Positions 17,821 to 24,948 of a stretch of DNA of 26,888 nucleotides are shown here, in pieces. The stretch lies in the IMG/VR virus record IMGVR_UViG_3300048442_000200, positions 1 through 26,888 of that record; one strand, given 5' to 3'. The stretch comes from a virus (taxonomy: Duplodnaviria > Caudoviricetes). How positions within the stretch are numbered: position 1 is the first letter of the stretch; each line of letters begins with the position of its first letter. The notes beneath the pieces are model-generated. The model had not been told where the DNA came from, ran no database searches, and was given only the letters and a program-made list of their open reading frames with translations. A program made the position numbers and the translations under genes.

Positions 17821-18352
17821 AGCCATCTACGATTGCCTGAGCATCATTACTATTACCAGTACCGATGTTAACTTGAAAGCCACCAGGCTCATCAGTTACA
17901 ACGGAAGATTCGGTAGCGCCTTTAGCAAGAACGCGAGCGATACGCTGATCATAATGCAGGGCTAAACTTTCACCGATTTGCTTGGAGATCTCCGAACGTG
18001 CTGACCACTGGCTGAGCATCTCATCCAGGTCATAAATGAACTGGCTGCTATAGAGCAAGTCGTCCATGATAATTGTTTTTTCGTTCGACTTCAGACCAGC
18101 GTCGGGTCCGATAGGAGTTCCAGGGGTGTGATACCCGCTGGAGAGTTTGCCAGTCAGCAAGAACTGCTTGCTCTTACCACCACGAAGGGAGTAGTTACGA
18201 ACGAGTCCTTTGAAGATTGTGGCGTCGTTGAATGCGTTGAATACTTCGCCAGAGAAAAGTTTAAGGCTTGTGGCGTAGCGAGTATCATAATCCTGGGAAG
18301 GAGTACGTGAACCGTTAGCAACGTTGTTACCTTGAAATGCTGAAAAAGTCAT
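17821..18352 (-). CDS. Major capsid protein (gp10), exon 1
   Basis: LKLFSGEVFNAF, LRGGKSKQF, YHTPGTPI, EKTIIMDDLL and RSEISKQIGESLA are T7-type capsid motifs. 532 nt + 464 nt = 996 nt = 331 aa plus stop. Confidence 0.95.
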
Positions 18353-18491
18353 TATTTGTTTAAAGAGGTTTGTTAATGAATCAAGCCTCTAACCGGTTAG
18401 AGATATTTAGTTGTATTGACATTTGCTCTATAACTTGAGCGAAAGCTTTCGCCAAAGGGTTATCCGTCGTAACGGGCCTCGATGGCAAAGA

Positions 18492-18534
18492 GGTAGAAAA
18501 GGAATCGAACCTTTCATTAAGCACCAGCTCTACC
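18492..18534 (-). ncRNA. tRNA-like minihelix (acceptor-like stem plus T arm, no anticodon arm)
   Basis: GGUAGA-GCUGGUGCUUAAUG-AAAGG-UUCGAUU-CCUUU-UCUACC: a canonical T loop on a 5-bp stem, directly stacked on a 6-bp closing stem. Confidence 0.45.
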
Positions 18535-18607
18535 AGACACCCCAGCCTTCCGGGTCCAGGGTTCCATAAACCATCCCCTCAGGTTTTACAACCGGAAGGT
18601 ACCTGTA

Positions 18608-18724
18608 TTAGTTGCCCAGGGTAGGCACGACTTTGGCGTAAGACACACCGCGATAGGTGAGCTTTGCCATTCTTGCAGCGGCCTTTTGAGCTTTAACTGC
18701 AGCACGTACTTGAACGTCAGTCAT
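18608..18724 (-). CDS. DUF4278-like small basic peptide (38 aa); not in the ORF track
   Basis: MTDVQVRAAVKAQKAAARMAKLTYRGVSYAKVVPTLGN*. Contains the LxYRGVxY signature of DUF4278; GGAG Shine-Dalgarno 7 nt upstream; preceded by the riboswitch class known to precede this family. Confidence 0.85.
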   Translation of the reverse strand: MTDVQVRAAVKAQKAAARMAKLTYRGVSYAKVVPTLGN

Positions 18725-18741
18725 GAGGTTTCTCCAAAAAG

Positions 18742-18791
18742 CCTGAGCCCCGTTCCATGCTTCAGGTGTTATGCGCCCATAAGGGTGAACG
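18742..18791 (-). promoter_or_regulatory. Glutamine-II (Downstream-peptide) riboswitch
   Basis: CGUUC-A-CCC-UUAU-GGG-CGCAUAACA-CCUGA-AGCAUG-GAACG-GGGC-UCAGG: P1 CGUUC/GAACG, P2 CCC/GGG, conserved CGCA, pseudoknot CCUGA/UCAGG; directly upstream of a YRGVxY peptide. Confidence 0.85.
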
Positions 18792-18802
18792 AACTTTGGA
18801 GA

Positions 18803-19654
18803 TCACATAAGGTCGCCAGATCGAGCCAGCTTCTCTTCAACATCCATACGATATGCAGGATCAGATGAGTAGCGGGGATCAGCAATAGCCCTAGCCAGTT
18901 CTGCCTGACTACGGAATGCCTTGCTCTTACTGGGAGCCTTCTTACCTGTTACCAGGGGGGCCTCATATCCTTCGACAGACTTCCAACGATTGCTTAAAGC
19001 CTCAACAGCAAAGCCGAGAGCCGCTGCATTGTTGGAGTTAGCTACTTGATTGAACTGATCAATCTCAGCCTCATTCAAGTTCTGGCCTGCCCATTGGATC
19101 ATCTGACCATAGGCTTCATCACCGCCAACAGAGTCACGAATCGACTTGAGCTGTGTGGCTGTAGCTGCGTCTTGAGTGTTCTTAGCTGTCTGAACAGCGT
19201 GATACTTAAAGTAGGTCTCAATCAGGGCCTTGCTATCCATAGCGGATAGGGTTTCCATATCATTAGAAGTTAACCCCCCTTCAGCATCAAAACGGGTAGC
19301 AATCTCAGTGAAGGTCTTAACATTTTCACTGATCTCTACCTCCTCCCCTTTCTCCTCTTCATCAGGCTCTGTTGACTCCTCAGAGGACTCTTCTCCTTCC
19401 TCAGGCTCAGACTTACCAAGCTTAGACTGTAGCTCGTTGTAGGCCTTTAGAAGGTCATCTTGTGAGCGGAACTTACCGCCAATGAGAGATACATCTTCCT
19501 GCTCAGATTCGTTCTGAGCCATCCGACGATCACGATCTTCGGTCTGGGCTTGGATGAGTTTCTCACCCTGCTCTAGTGCTGCAGTCTCTGCGGCTTGCTG
19601 CTCAGTGCTAACACCCTCGGAAGGGTCAAATGTAATGCGGGTTGGATTTGCCAT
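18803..19654 (-). CDS. Capsid assembly scaffolding protein (gp9)
   Basis: Acidic. GKFRSQDDLLKAYNELQSKLG, VGGDEAYGQMIQWAGQNL and FRSQAELARAIADPRYSSDPAYR motifs. Confidence 0.95.
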   Translation of the reverse strand: MANPTRITFDPSEGVSTEQQAAETAALEQGEKLIQAQTEDRDRRMAQNESEQEDVSLIGGKFRSQDDLLKAYNELQSKLGKSEPEEGEESSEESTEPDEEEKGEEVEISENVKTFTEIATRFDAEGGLTSNDMETLSAMDSKALIETYFKYHAVQTAKNTQDAATATQLKSIRDSVGGDEAYGQMIQWAGQNLNEAEIDQFNQVANSNNAAALGFAVEALSNRWKSVEGYEAPLVTGKKAPSKSKAFRSQAELARAIADPRYSSDPAYRMDVEEKLARSGDLM

Positions 19655-19912
19655 TTAAAATGTTGTGGAGGTTACGTTTCCAAAGGTGGGGCGTACTTTG
19701 CCTTTCTTGACATATTTACCAGCCGTAGATTTAGAGGTTCCTTCTACTTTTTGCTTGACCCCATAACTCACCTCTTTGGACGACAAGGCCTCTTCAATTG
19801 GAGTTGATTCATACGCATCGTTGTGAGGTGTTTGTGGATTGTCTGCCTTAAAAGAACCATTAGGCTTGCGGGCTCGTCGGCGCTTGTTGGCTGCCTGGGT
19901 TTTGTTGTCCAT
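19655..19912 (-). CDS. Small basic hypothetical protein
   Basis: 85 aa filling the portal-scaffold gap; its stop abuts the scaffold ATG. RARxxxGxFxADxPxTP motif; overlaps the portal 3' end by 53 nt. Confidence 0.7.
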   Translation of the reverse strand: MDNKTQAANKRRRARKPNGSFKADNPQTPHNDAYESTPIEEALSSKEVSYGVKQKVEGTSKSTAGKYVKKGKVRPTFGNVTSTTF

Positions 19913-21491
19913 CTGGATTCATCATTTGTTCAACCATTGGAGACTTAGACAGTTGTCCAGCTTGTTCCAATAGTGTTTGTTGTTGTTGCCGTTCTTGTGA
20001 TGCTTGACGCTCTTGGGCGAGAGCTTGCTCATCTTTAACTAAGCCTAAGGATTCGATACCGCTAGCTGCTGCTAATCGGCGTAGAAACTCACTTGGATCG
20101 ATGTATTGCATCATCACTTCAGGACCCATGCCTTGAGCAATGGTTGTCACAAACTCCATCAGAGCTTGGCGATCTTGACCACGGCCAATACCATTTAAAC
20201 CAGCCACAACAGTTGGCATAACCAAACCCTTAGGAAGTTTAGGAATGCCTTCCATACGCTGAAGGGCTTGCAGCTTACGAGCCAGATAAGGCCGTAGCAA
20301 GGTTGATGTTAGACCTGAATAAATACCACCGAGCTGTTCATTCAGCTCCTGTGCAACGGCGTTAACCTCTGCAGCAGTAGTTCTCTCAGAGTCACGAACA
20401 GCACCATTCATAATCAAGAACGCCTCAGAGATTCTCTGGGTCAGGTTCTGGATCATCTGTTGGACTGTTCCGAAGTCTGCGGTCTTGCCTACTTGAACAA
20501 CACCGACATCATCAGGACGTCCTTGGATAATTGCCCCATTCTGAGCGCGGGCTAATGATTGGGGCTTCGTTGTTGCAGATGGAGACACAAGAAAAACAAC
20601 CTTTGCTGCTGCTGCACTACCTTCTACAAGGGCTTGCATCAACTTTTCTAGGCTATTTAAATCCCCAAGGAACTCTTCTACGCGACCCCTACCGTAGCTT
20701 TCACCATCGCAGTGGTTAAAGGTGATCGGCATCCACGGAGTTGTTTTGACTGGTGAAGAAGATCGTGATCCGGGGATAACCTTCCCGTCACACTCTTGAT
20801 ACCACTTGTGTTGACCGTCCTCGAGCTTGACGTGGGTAAACACCACAGCGTCATCGCTTTGACCTTTATTCATTGAAGAGGCCACACCAAACTTAGGCCC
20901 GTCTTCGCCTACGGCGTTCACGTCCTTGTCTGTGTCTAGAGGTTGGAAACCTTTTGGTAGTAGTTCACGGGAAATAATTTCCTTAGTGACGATCTCCTGG
21001 ACGTTATCATTACCATCCCGTGCAATAACATATCGGTCTAAGGGGTAGACCTTTAATGTTTTCTTGGCGTCATAAATAAGAGCATTACCTGTAACGATCA
21101 AATGCTTCATTGCTACATGAAGTTGAACCCGGTCTGTTGTTTCAGCAATTTGCTGCATGACCATCTTCTCCATCTTGGAGAGGGCTTGATCAATCTGACT
21201 ACGGGTTTCAGGTGCAGCCTCTGGGATCTTCTTTAGCTCTAGATCATTAATCTGTAATTTAAAAAATGAGGTATTGAGAGGGAACAAACTTAACATAAGC
21301 TTGGCCGCCAGGACGTTACAGCCCTTGGCTCCTTGTGACTGCCACGGTGTAGCTAGTCGCTCTCCATTCGCATGACCTTCATCTGTAAGAAGGTATGGAA
21401 GTGTGAGTTTTGCACATGTCCGAGCTACATCTAAGAATTGTTCTCTATCTGACCTCAGGGTTTCATAACGGGCCTGAGCATTTGCATTCAT
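19860..21491 (-). CDS. Head-to-tail connector (portal, gp8)
   Basis: PWQSQGAKGCNVLAAKLMLSLFP, GESYGRGRVEEFLGDL, RDSERTTAAEV and GLNGIGRGQD motifs. Confidence 0.97.
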   Translation of the reverse strand: MNANAQARYETLRSDREQFLDVARTCAKLTLPYLLTDEGHANGERLATPWQSQGAKGCNVLAAKLMLSLFPLNTSFFKLQINDLELKKIPEAAPETRSQIDQALSKMEKMVMQQIAETTDRVQLHVAMKHLIVTGNALIYDAKKTLKVYPLDRYVIARDGNDNVQEIVTKEIISRELLPKGFQPLDTDKDVNAVGEDGPKFGVASSMNKGQSDDAVVFTHVKLEDGQHKWYQECDGKVIPGSRSSSPVKTTPWMPITFNHCDGESYGRGRVEEFLGDLNSLEKLMQALVEGSAAAAKVVFLVSPSATTKPQSLARAQNGAIIQGRPDDVGVVQVGKTADFGTVQQMIQNLTQRISEAFLIMNGAVRDSERTTAAEVNAVAQELNEQLGGIYSGLTSTLLRPYLARKLQALQRMEGIPKLPKGLVMPTVVAGLNGIGRGQDRQALMEFVTTIAQGMGPEVMMQYIDPSEFLRRLAAASGIESLGLVKDEQALAQERQASQERQQQQTLLEQAGQLSKSPMVEQMMNPDGQQNPGSQQAPTSPQA

Positions 21492-22114
21492 TAGTTTCTA
21501 AGGCTAGAGGTACCACGAGTTGCTCTACGTGAGCGGGCTTGGATAGATTTAGGCGAACGGATAATTGCCATACGGTTGCCAGTATTTGTTAATTCTGGTG
21601 CAGGTGGAGCAGCAATACTCATAGGAGTGTTAGGAGCGGGGGCCGGTAACATTGGCTCCTGCTGCCGCCTAGGGGCTTGTACGACAGGCATCTGTTGCTG
21701 CTTTGGCATATAAACGGGCTGATTCATCATCTCTTCCATCAGCTTCTGCTGTGTCTTAGCGTCAGCTAACTGATCGGCACGCATACGTTCATATTGTTCT
21801 TCTAGCTGCTTCTGTTGATCCCTAGACTGGCTTTCATATGTGTTCTTGTCGACCTGAGCGTAAATCCTGTCCATCTCAGATTGCTTATCAATATTATTAA
21901 TGTCTAGATCTCTTGCAGCTCTCCTGAAGTATTTATCGCCCATTGCATCATCGACACGATTCTTAAATACCTGTTCATTGATCTTTGCTAAATGTTTGTT
22001 CTTCTTAATCTTATTAATGCCAAGCTGTTGCTGCGCTCTAAAAATCTCAGGGTTAGCATTTATACCTTGATAAGGATTAACCTTCCTGGCTTTTGGTGGG
22101 GAGGGACTAGACAT
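21491..22114 (-). CDS. Hypothetical virion protein (gp6.7/gp7.3-like position)
   Basis: 207 aa with a Pro/Gln-rich linker and basic C-terminus RRATRGTSSLRN, like T7-family pre-portal proteins; stop overlaps the portal start. Confidence 0.65.
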   Translation of the reverse strand: MSSPSPPKARKVNPYQGINANPEIFRAQQQLGINKIKKNKHLAKINEQVFKNRVDDAMGDKYFRRAARDLDINNIDKQSEMDRIYAQVDKNTYESQSRDQQKQLEEQYERMRADQLADAKTQQKLMEEMMNQPVYMPKQQQMPVVQAPRRQQEPMLPAPAPNTPMSIAAPPAPELTNTGNRMAIIRSPKSIQARSRRATRGTSSLRN

Positions 22115-22277
22115 TATTCATCTTAGATAAAATGTATTCCACAACTGAACGTTGACCAGCTCGATACATAATCGTTCTGTTTTCGTCTGTAGGTGTGGGG
22201 TTGATCGGTGGATACATTTCCTCCAGCTCATCGACCAAGGCTTGGAGGTTCTTATTACCTGGCAGGATATTATCCAT
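22107..22277 (-). CDS. Conserved small podophage protein (56 aa); not in the ORF track
   Basis: MDNILPGNKNLQALVDELEEMYPPINPTPTDENRTIMYRAGQRSVVEYILSKMNNV*. The IMYRAGQRSVVE motif recurs in T7-like phages upstream of the portal. Overlaps both neighbours by 8 nt. Confidence 0.85.
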   Translation of the reverse strand: MDNILPGNKNLQALVDELEEMYPPINPTPTDENRTIMYRAGQRSVVEYILSKMNNV

Positions 22278-22989
22278 ACTTAGGGAGGTTTACATTTGAG
22301 GTCTCAAAAAAGCTGGGCATCCTAGCCCTTTGCGTTTCAGCAAGTCCTGCAGCCTTTCCAGAGGCGTAGAGGCTGTCGCTTTGTTTGAGCCAGAAGTCTT
22401 TGTCAAGGTACTTGTCCTCATTGGTTGATAGGCCATCCATCACCCAAGACACGGTTGCCTTGCGTAGACGATTAAGGGCTGGGGTTGATACTTCGCCCAG
22501 GTCTTTTGCACACATAGCATGGAGAAGTACGTGGGTCTGTTCGTCTCGTGAGATATCGGCAGATATACTTCGCAAGAACATATCTCCATTAAATCTGAAC
22601 AATGGGAGAAGTACAAAAAAGACTGAACGCTCCAGAATCGCCGTCTTGAGAATTGGATGTGACGGATCGCTGAGCCAAGCTTTGCGTATGTTTTGGGCTT
22701 CGCGTTCATACTTTGGGTTAGTCCCGTGAGCGTCAACGACGTAGCTAAGAGCAAGATCGTGTTTATCTTCATCAGCCATGTTTGATCGAAGAGCAGGAAT
22801 GACACCAGGGTCATCAGGTAGATCCCGCTCTAAGCCTTGGGCAAGCATCTCCTTTACTGGTAATTCAAGAGTGCGAAGGGCTAGTGCCCTATAAATTGCA
22901 TCTTCAGAGCCTGCTTTAAATTTTCCTTTTTCACCGGCAACGGGGGTCCAGGTCCTCTTACGGGACATCACTTTCAAATAGTTAGACAT
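22270..22989 (-). CDS. nrdB: Ribonucleotide reductase beta subunit (cyanopodophage class I type, ferritin-like)
   Basis: Di-metal carboxylate pattern LELPV, DEDKH, LERSVFF, DEQTH; immediately downstream of the alpha subunit. Confidence 0.8.
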   Translation of the reverse strand: MSNYLKVMSRKRTWTPVAGEKGKFKAGSEDAIYRALALRTLELPVKEMLAQGLERDLPDDPGVIPALRSNMADEDKHDLALSYVVDAHGTNPKYEREAQNIRKAWLSDPSHPILKTAILERSVFFVLLPLFRFNGDMFLRSISADISRDEQTHVLLHAMCAKDLGEVSTPALNRLRKATVSWVMDGLSTNEDKYLDKDFWLKQSDSLYASGKAAGLAETQRARMPSFFETSNVNLPKYG

Positions 22990-24375
22990 TTACTCAGCAC
23001 AAGATGAACAAAGAAGAGGATCATCTTCGGTATCAAAACCAAAGAGATCTGCGTAGTCGTCTCCCTCTAGCAATGACGCAGCATCATCCTTGCGGAGTGT
23101 GTCTGGATTTACTTGCAAAGAGTAATAAATAGAGGTTTGGGGAGAGTCAAACCAATCATTAATAAATTTATCGTCGTATGTAATTACATCGCTCCAAGTG
23201 TTGAAACTATAGCCATGGAACAAATTTGTATCCTCAAAGGTACGGCAGATCTCGTCTGCGACCAACCGGTATGTGTCCCATCCTACCGAACTCGCAATTT
23301 CGACAGGACCGTAGTCGAAAGATGCAACACCATGCGTGTCACTATCTCTATCGACATGCCTACTAATAGGAGGAGCAATCTCAGGCGCTGTTGTATATCC
23401 ATCAAGATCTTTGTAGCGGTATGAACAGCTAGCTGTAGGGGCAATGGTAAACGCTCTTTCCATTTTATTAACCCGAGCAATTTGTGCGGCTGTTGATACA
23501 GCTCGAACCCACTCTCTTGCCATAATAATTGCAGGAGTGATGTCTGTATCTGTTCCGTCATTAACTGCCTTAAGCGCCTCACCGAATTGAAGATAGGAAA
23601 CACCATGAATACGAAGAAAGTTAGCTAAACCCAAAACACCTAGACCTACCTGGCGATCTTTCCAGGAAGGTAGATATTCACCAGTATCTCCAACCCCTGT
23701 CTTGCCATGTAGCTCACAAAGCTGGGACATACCTGCAGTAAAAGCAGGAACTAAGTCCTCTATATTACATTGACCGAGCTGAATGTGTTGTAGCAAACAA
23801 GTACCGCGTGAAGGAATTTTGATCTCCAAACATACATTACCAAAAAGTCTATTACCAAACCTATCATAGGTAATCTTGTTTAACCAAATATCACCAGATT
23901 GGATAGCTTTAAGGATTTTATTTCTTAATGGCTTTGACAAGGTATTCCAAGATTCACGGGTTACATCAATACATTTTTTAACCCAAGGTAGATCTTTACG
24001 TGGTGCATCTACAAACTCTTCGATATCATCATGCGTGGCGTCAATATGAATAACTACTGCGCCCCCCTTATAAAATCCTCCTCTGCGTAAAGTTTCATTA
24101 AGTCCACTGTATATCCTTGCAAACGACACTGGGCCTGAAGAGCAGAGACCCTTTCCATTCTCTGTACCCCTTGGACGGAGTTCAGATAAATGAACAGCGA
24201 CTCCCGCGGCATTCCGTAGGGCGTGGCTGACGAAAGTCCAGCTCGCTTGTATTCCATCGGCTCCCTCCATGGAGTCACTAACATTAATACAGGTGCATGA
24301 GACAGGTAATTTATTATCTGGATTGTCGAGCCAATCTTGTACTCGACCGGTGCGGGCAATAAAACGATCAGTCAT
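22990..24375 (-). CDS. nrdA: Ribonucleotide reductase alpha subunit (compact cyanopodophage type)
   Basis: PVSC, GNVCLE (NxCxE), VGLGVLGLA, TIAPTASCS, SIYY tyrosine pair and C-terminal CSSC. Confidence 0.92.
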   Translation of the reverse strand: MTDRFIARTGRVQDWLDNPDNKLPVSCTCINVSDSMEGADGIQASWTFVSHALRNAAGVAVHLSELRPRGTENGKGLCSSGPVSFARIYSGLNETLRRGGFYKGGAVVIHIDATHDDIEEFVDAPRKDLPWVKKCIDVTRESWNTLSKPLRNKILKAIQSGDIWLNKITYDRFGNRLFGNVCLEIKIPSRGTCLLQHIQLGQCNIEDLVPAFTAGMSQLCELHGKTGVGDTGEYLPSWKDRQVGLGVLGLANFLRIHGVSYLQFGEALKAVNDGTDTDITPAIIMAREWVRAVSTAAQIARVNKMERAFTIAPTASCSYRYKDLDGYTTAPEIAPPISRHVDRDSDTHGVASFDYGPVEIASSVGWDTYRLVADEICRTFEDTNLFHGYSFNTWSDVITYDDKFINDWFDSPQTSIYYSLQVNPDTLRKDDAASLLEGDDYADLFGFDTEDDPLLCSSCAE

Positions 24376-24758
24376 TAAACAAGGTCAATAAGGGTGGGTT
24401 TTTTGTAGTTTGGGCCTTTGATTACCTTTCCGTCCTCTCGTTTAATCGGTTTCAGATCATCATCGAGTTTGGATAGGTTGGATTGATGCACACGAGTCAA
24501 GGCCTCATCTAGATCCCAGCCTGCGGTAGCGGAATACTGGTAAGCCACATACACCAAATCAGCCAATTCTTTAAGACAGGCTTCTCTTGATCGTTGGTTC
24601 TGTAGATATTCATTAGCCTCACAGTGTGCCTCGAGAAACTCTTCGTATTCCTCAGAGATCAAACGCTGCTGCATCACTAAGGTAGAGGGACTGAAGTGAT
24701 TGATCGGTTGTCCCATCAGCTTCCTGAAGGTCACTGCTTCTTTCTGGTGCTCGTACAT
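24375..24758 (-). CDS. MazG-like NTP pyrophosphohydrolase
   Basis: LISEEYEEF...LKELADLVYV...VHQSNLSKL...REDGKVIKGPNY motifs. Confidence 0.88.
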   Translation of the reverse strand: MYEHQKEAVTFRKLMGQPINHFSPSTLVMQQRLISEEYEEFLEAHCEANEYLQNQRSREACLKELADLVYVAYQYSATAGWDLDEALTRVHQSNLSKLDDDLKPIKREDGKVIKGPNYKKPTLIDLV

Positions 24759-24948
24759 CTTTAAGGGCTCGGTTTAGGTATGCGATGGCTTTGCGAAGGT
24801 CATCTTCGCGGGATTCTCCTGGTTTGGCACCAGCACGGCACACGTACTTGATGACGTTGCCTAGTAGATAATCCATGTCTTGGTCAACAATGAAGTCCCA
24901 GACCTCAATCTTTCCAAGTTGATAATGATCAGGACTATGCTTCGACAT
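24652..24948 (-). CDS. DUF3310 protein (T7 gp1.7-like nucleotide kinase domain)
   Basis: SPDHY, IEVWDFI, GNVIKYVCRAGAK and DLRKAIAYL motifs. Confidence 0.85.
   Translation of the reverse strand: MSKHSPDHYQLGKIEVWDFIVDQDMDYLLGNVIKYVCRAGAKPGESREDDLRKAIAYLNRALKDVRAPERSSDLQEADGTTDQSLQSLYLSDAAAFDL

Noticed and set aside
17131-18352. Capsid pseudogene, assembly error or programmed frameshift
   Set aside because: The interruption is a complete, well-paired group I intron with correct U and G boundaries that restores the frame exactly.
18480-18560. Full tRNA gene
   Set aside because: T arm is present but there is no room for D and anticodon arms; kept only as a tRNA-like element.
18546-18599. Hammerhead or other small self-cleaving ribozyme
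   Set aside because: No CUGANGA/GAAA core or other recognisable catalytic consensus.
18353-18610. Phage RNA polymerase promoter
   Set aside because: Expected near here, but I could not find a repeated consensus or a match to a known phage promoter by eye.
18686-18868. Plus-strand 60-aa ORF
   Set aside because: Antisense to the riboswitch, the DUF4278-like peptide and the scaffold end; no recognisable features.
22990-24375. Class II (B12-dependent) NrdJ annotation
   Set aside because: The YY pair and an adjacent ferritin-like beta gene indicate class I.
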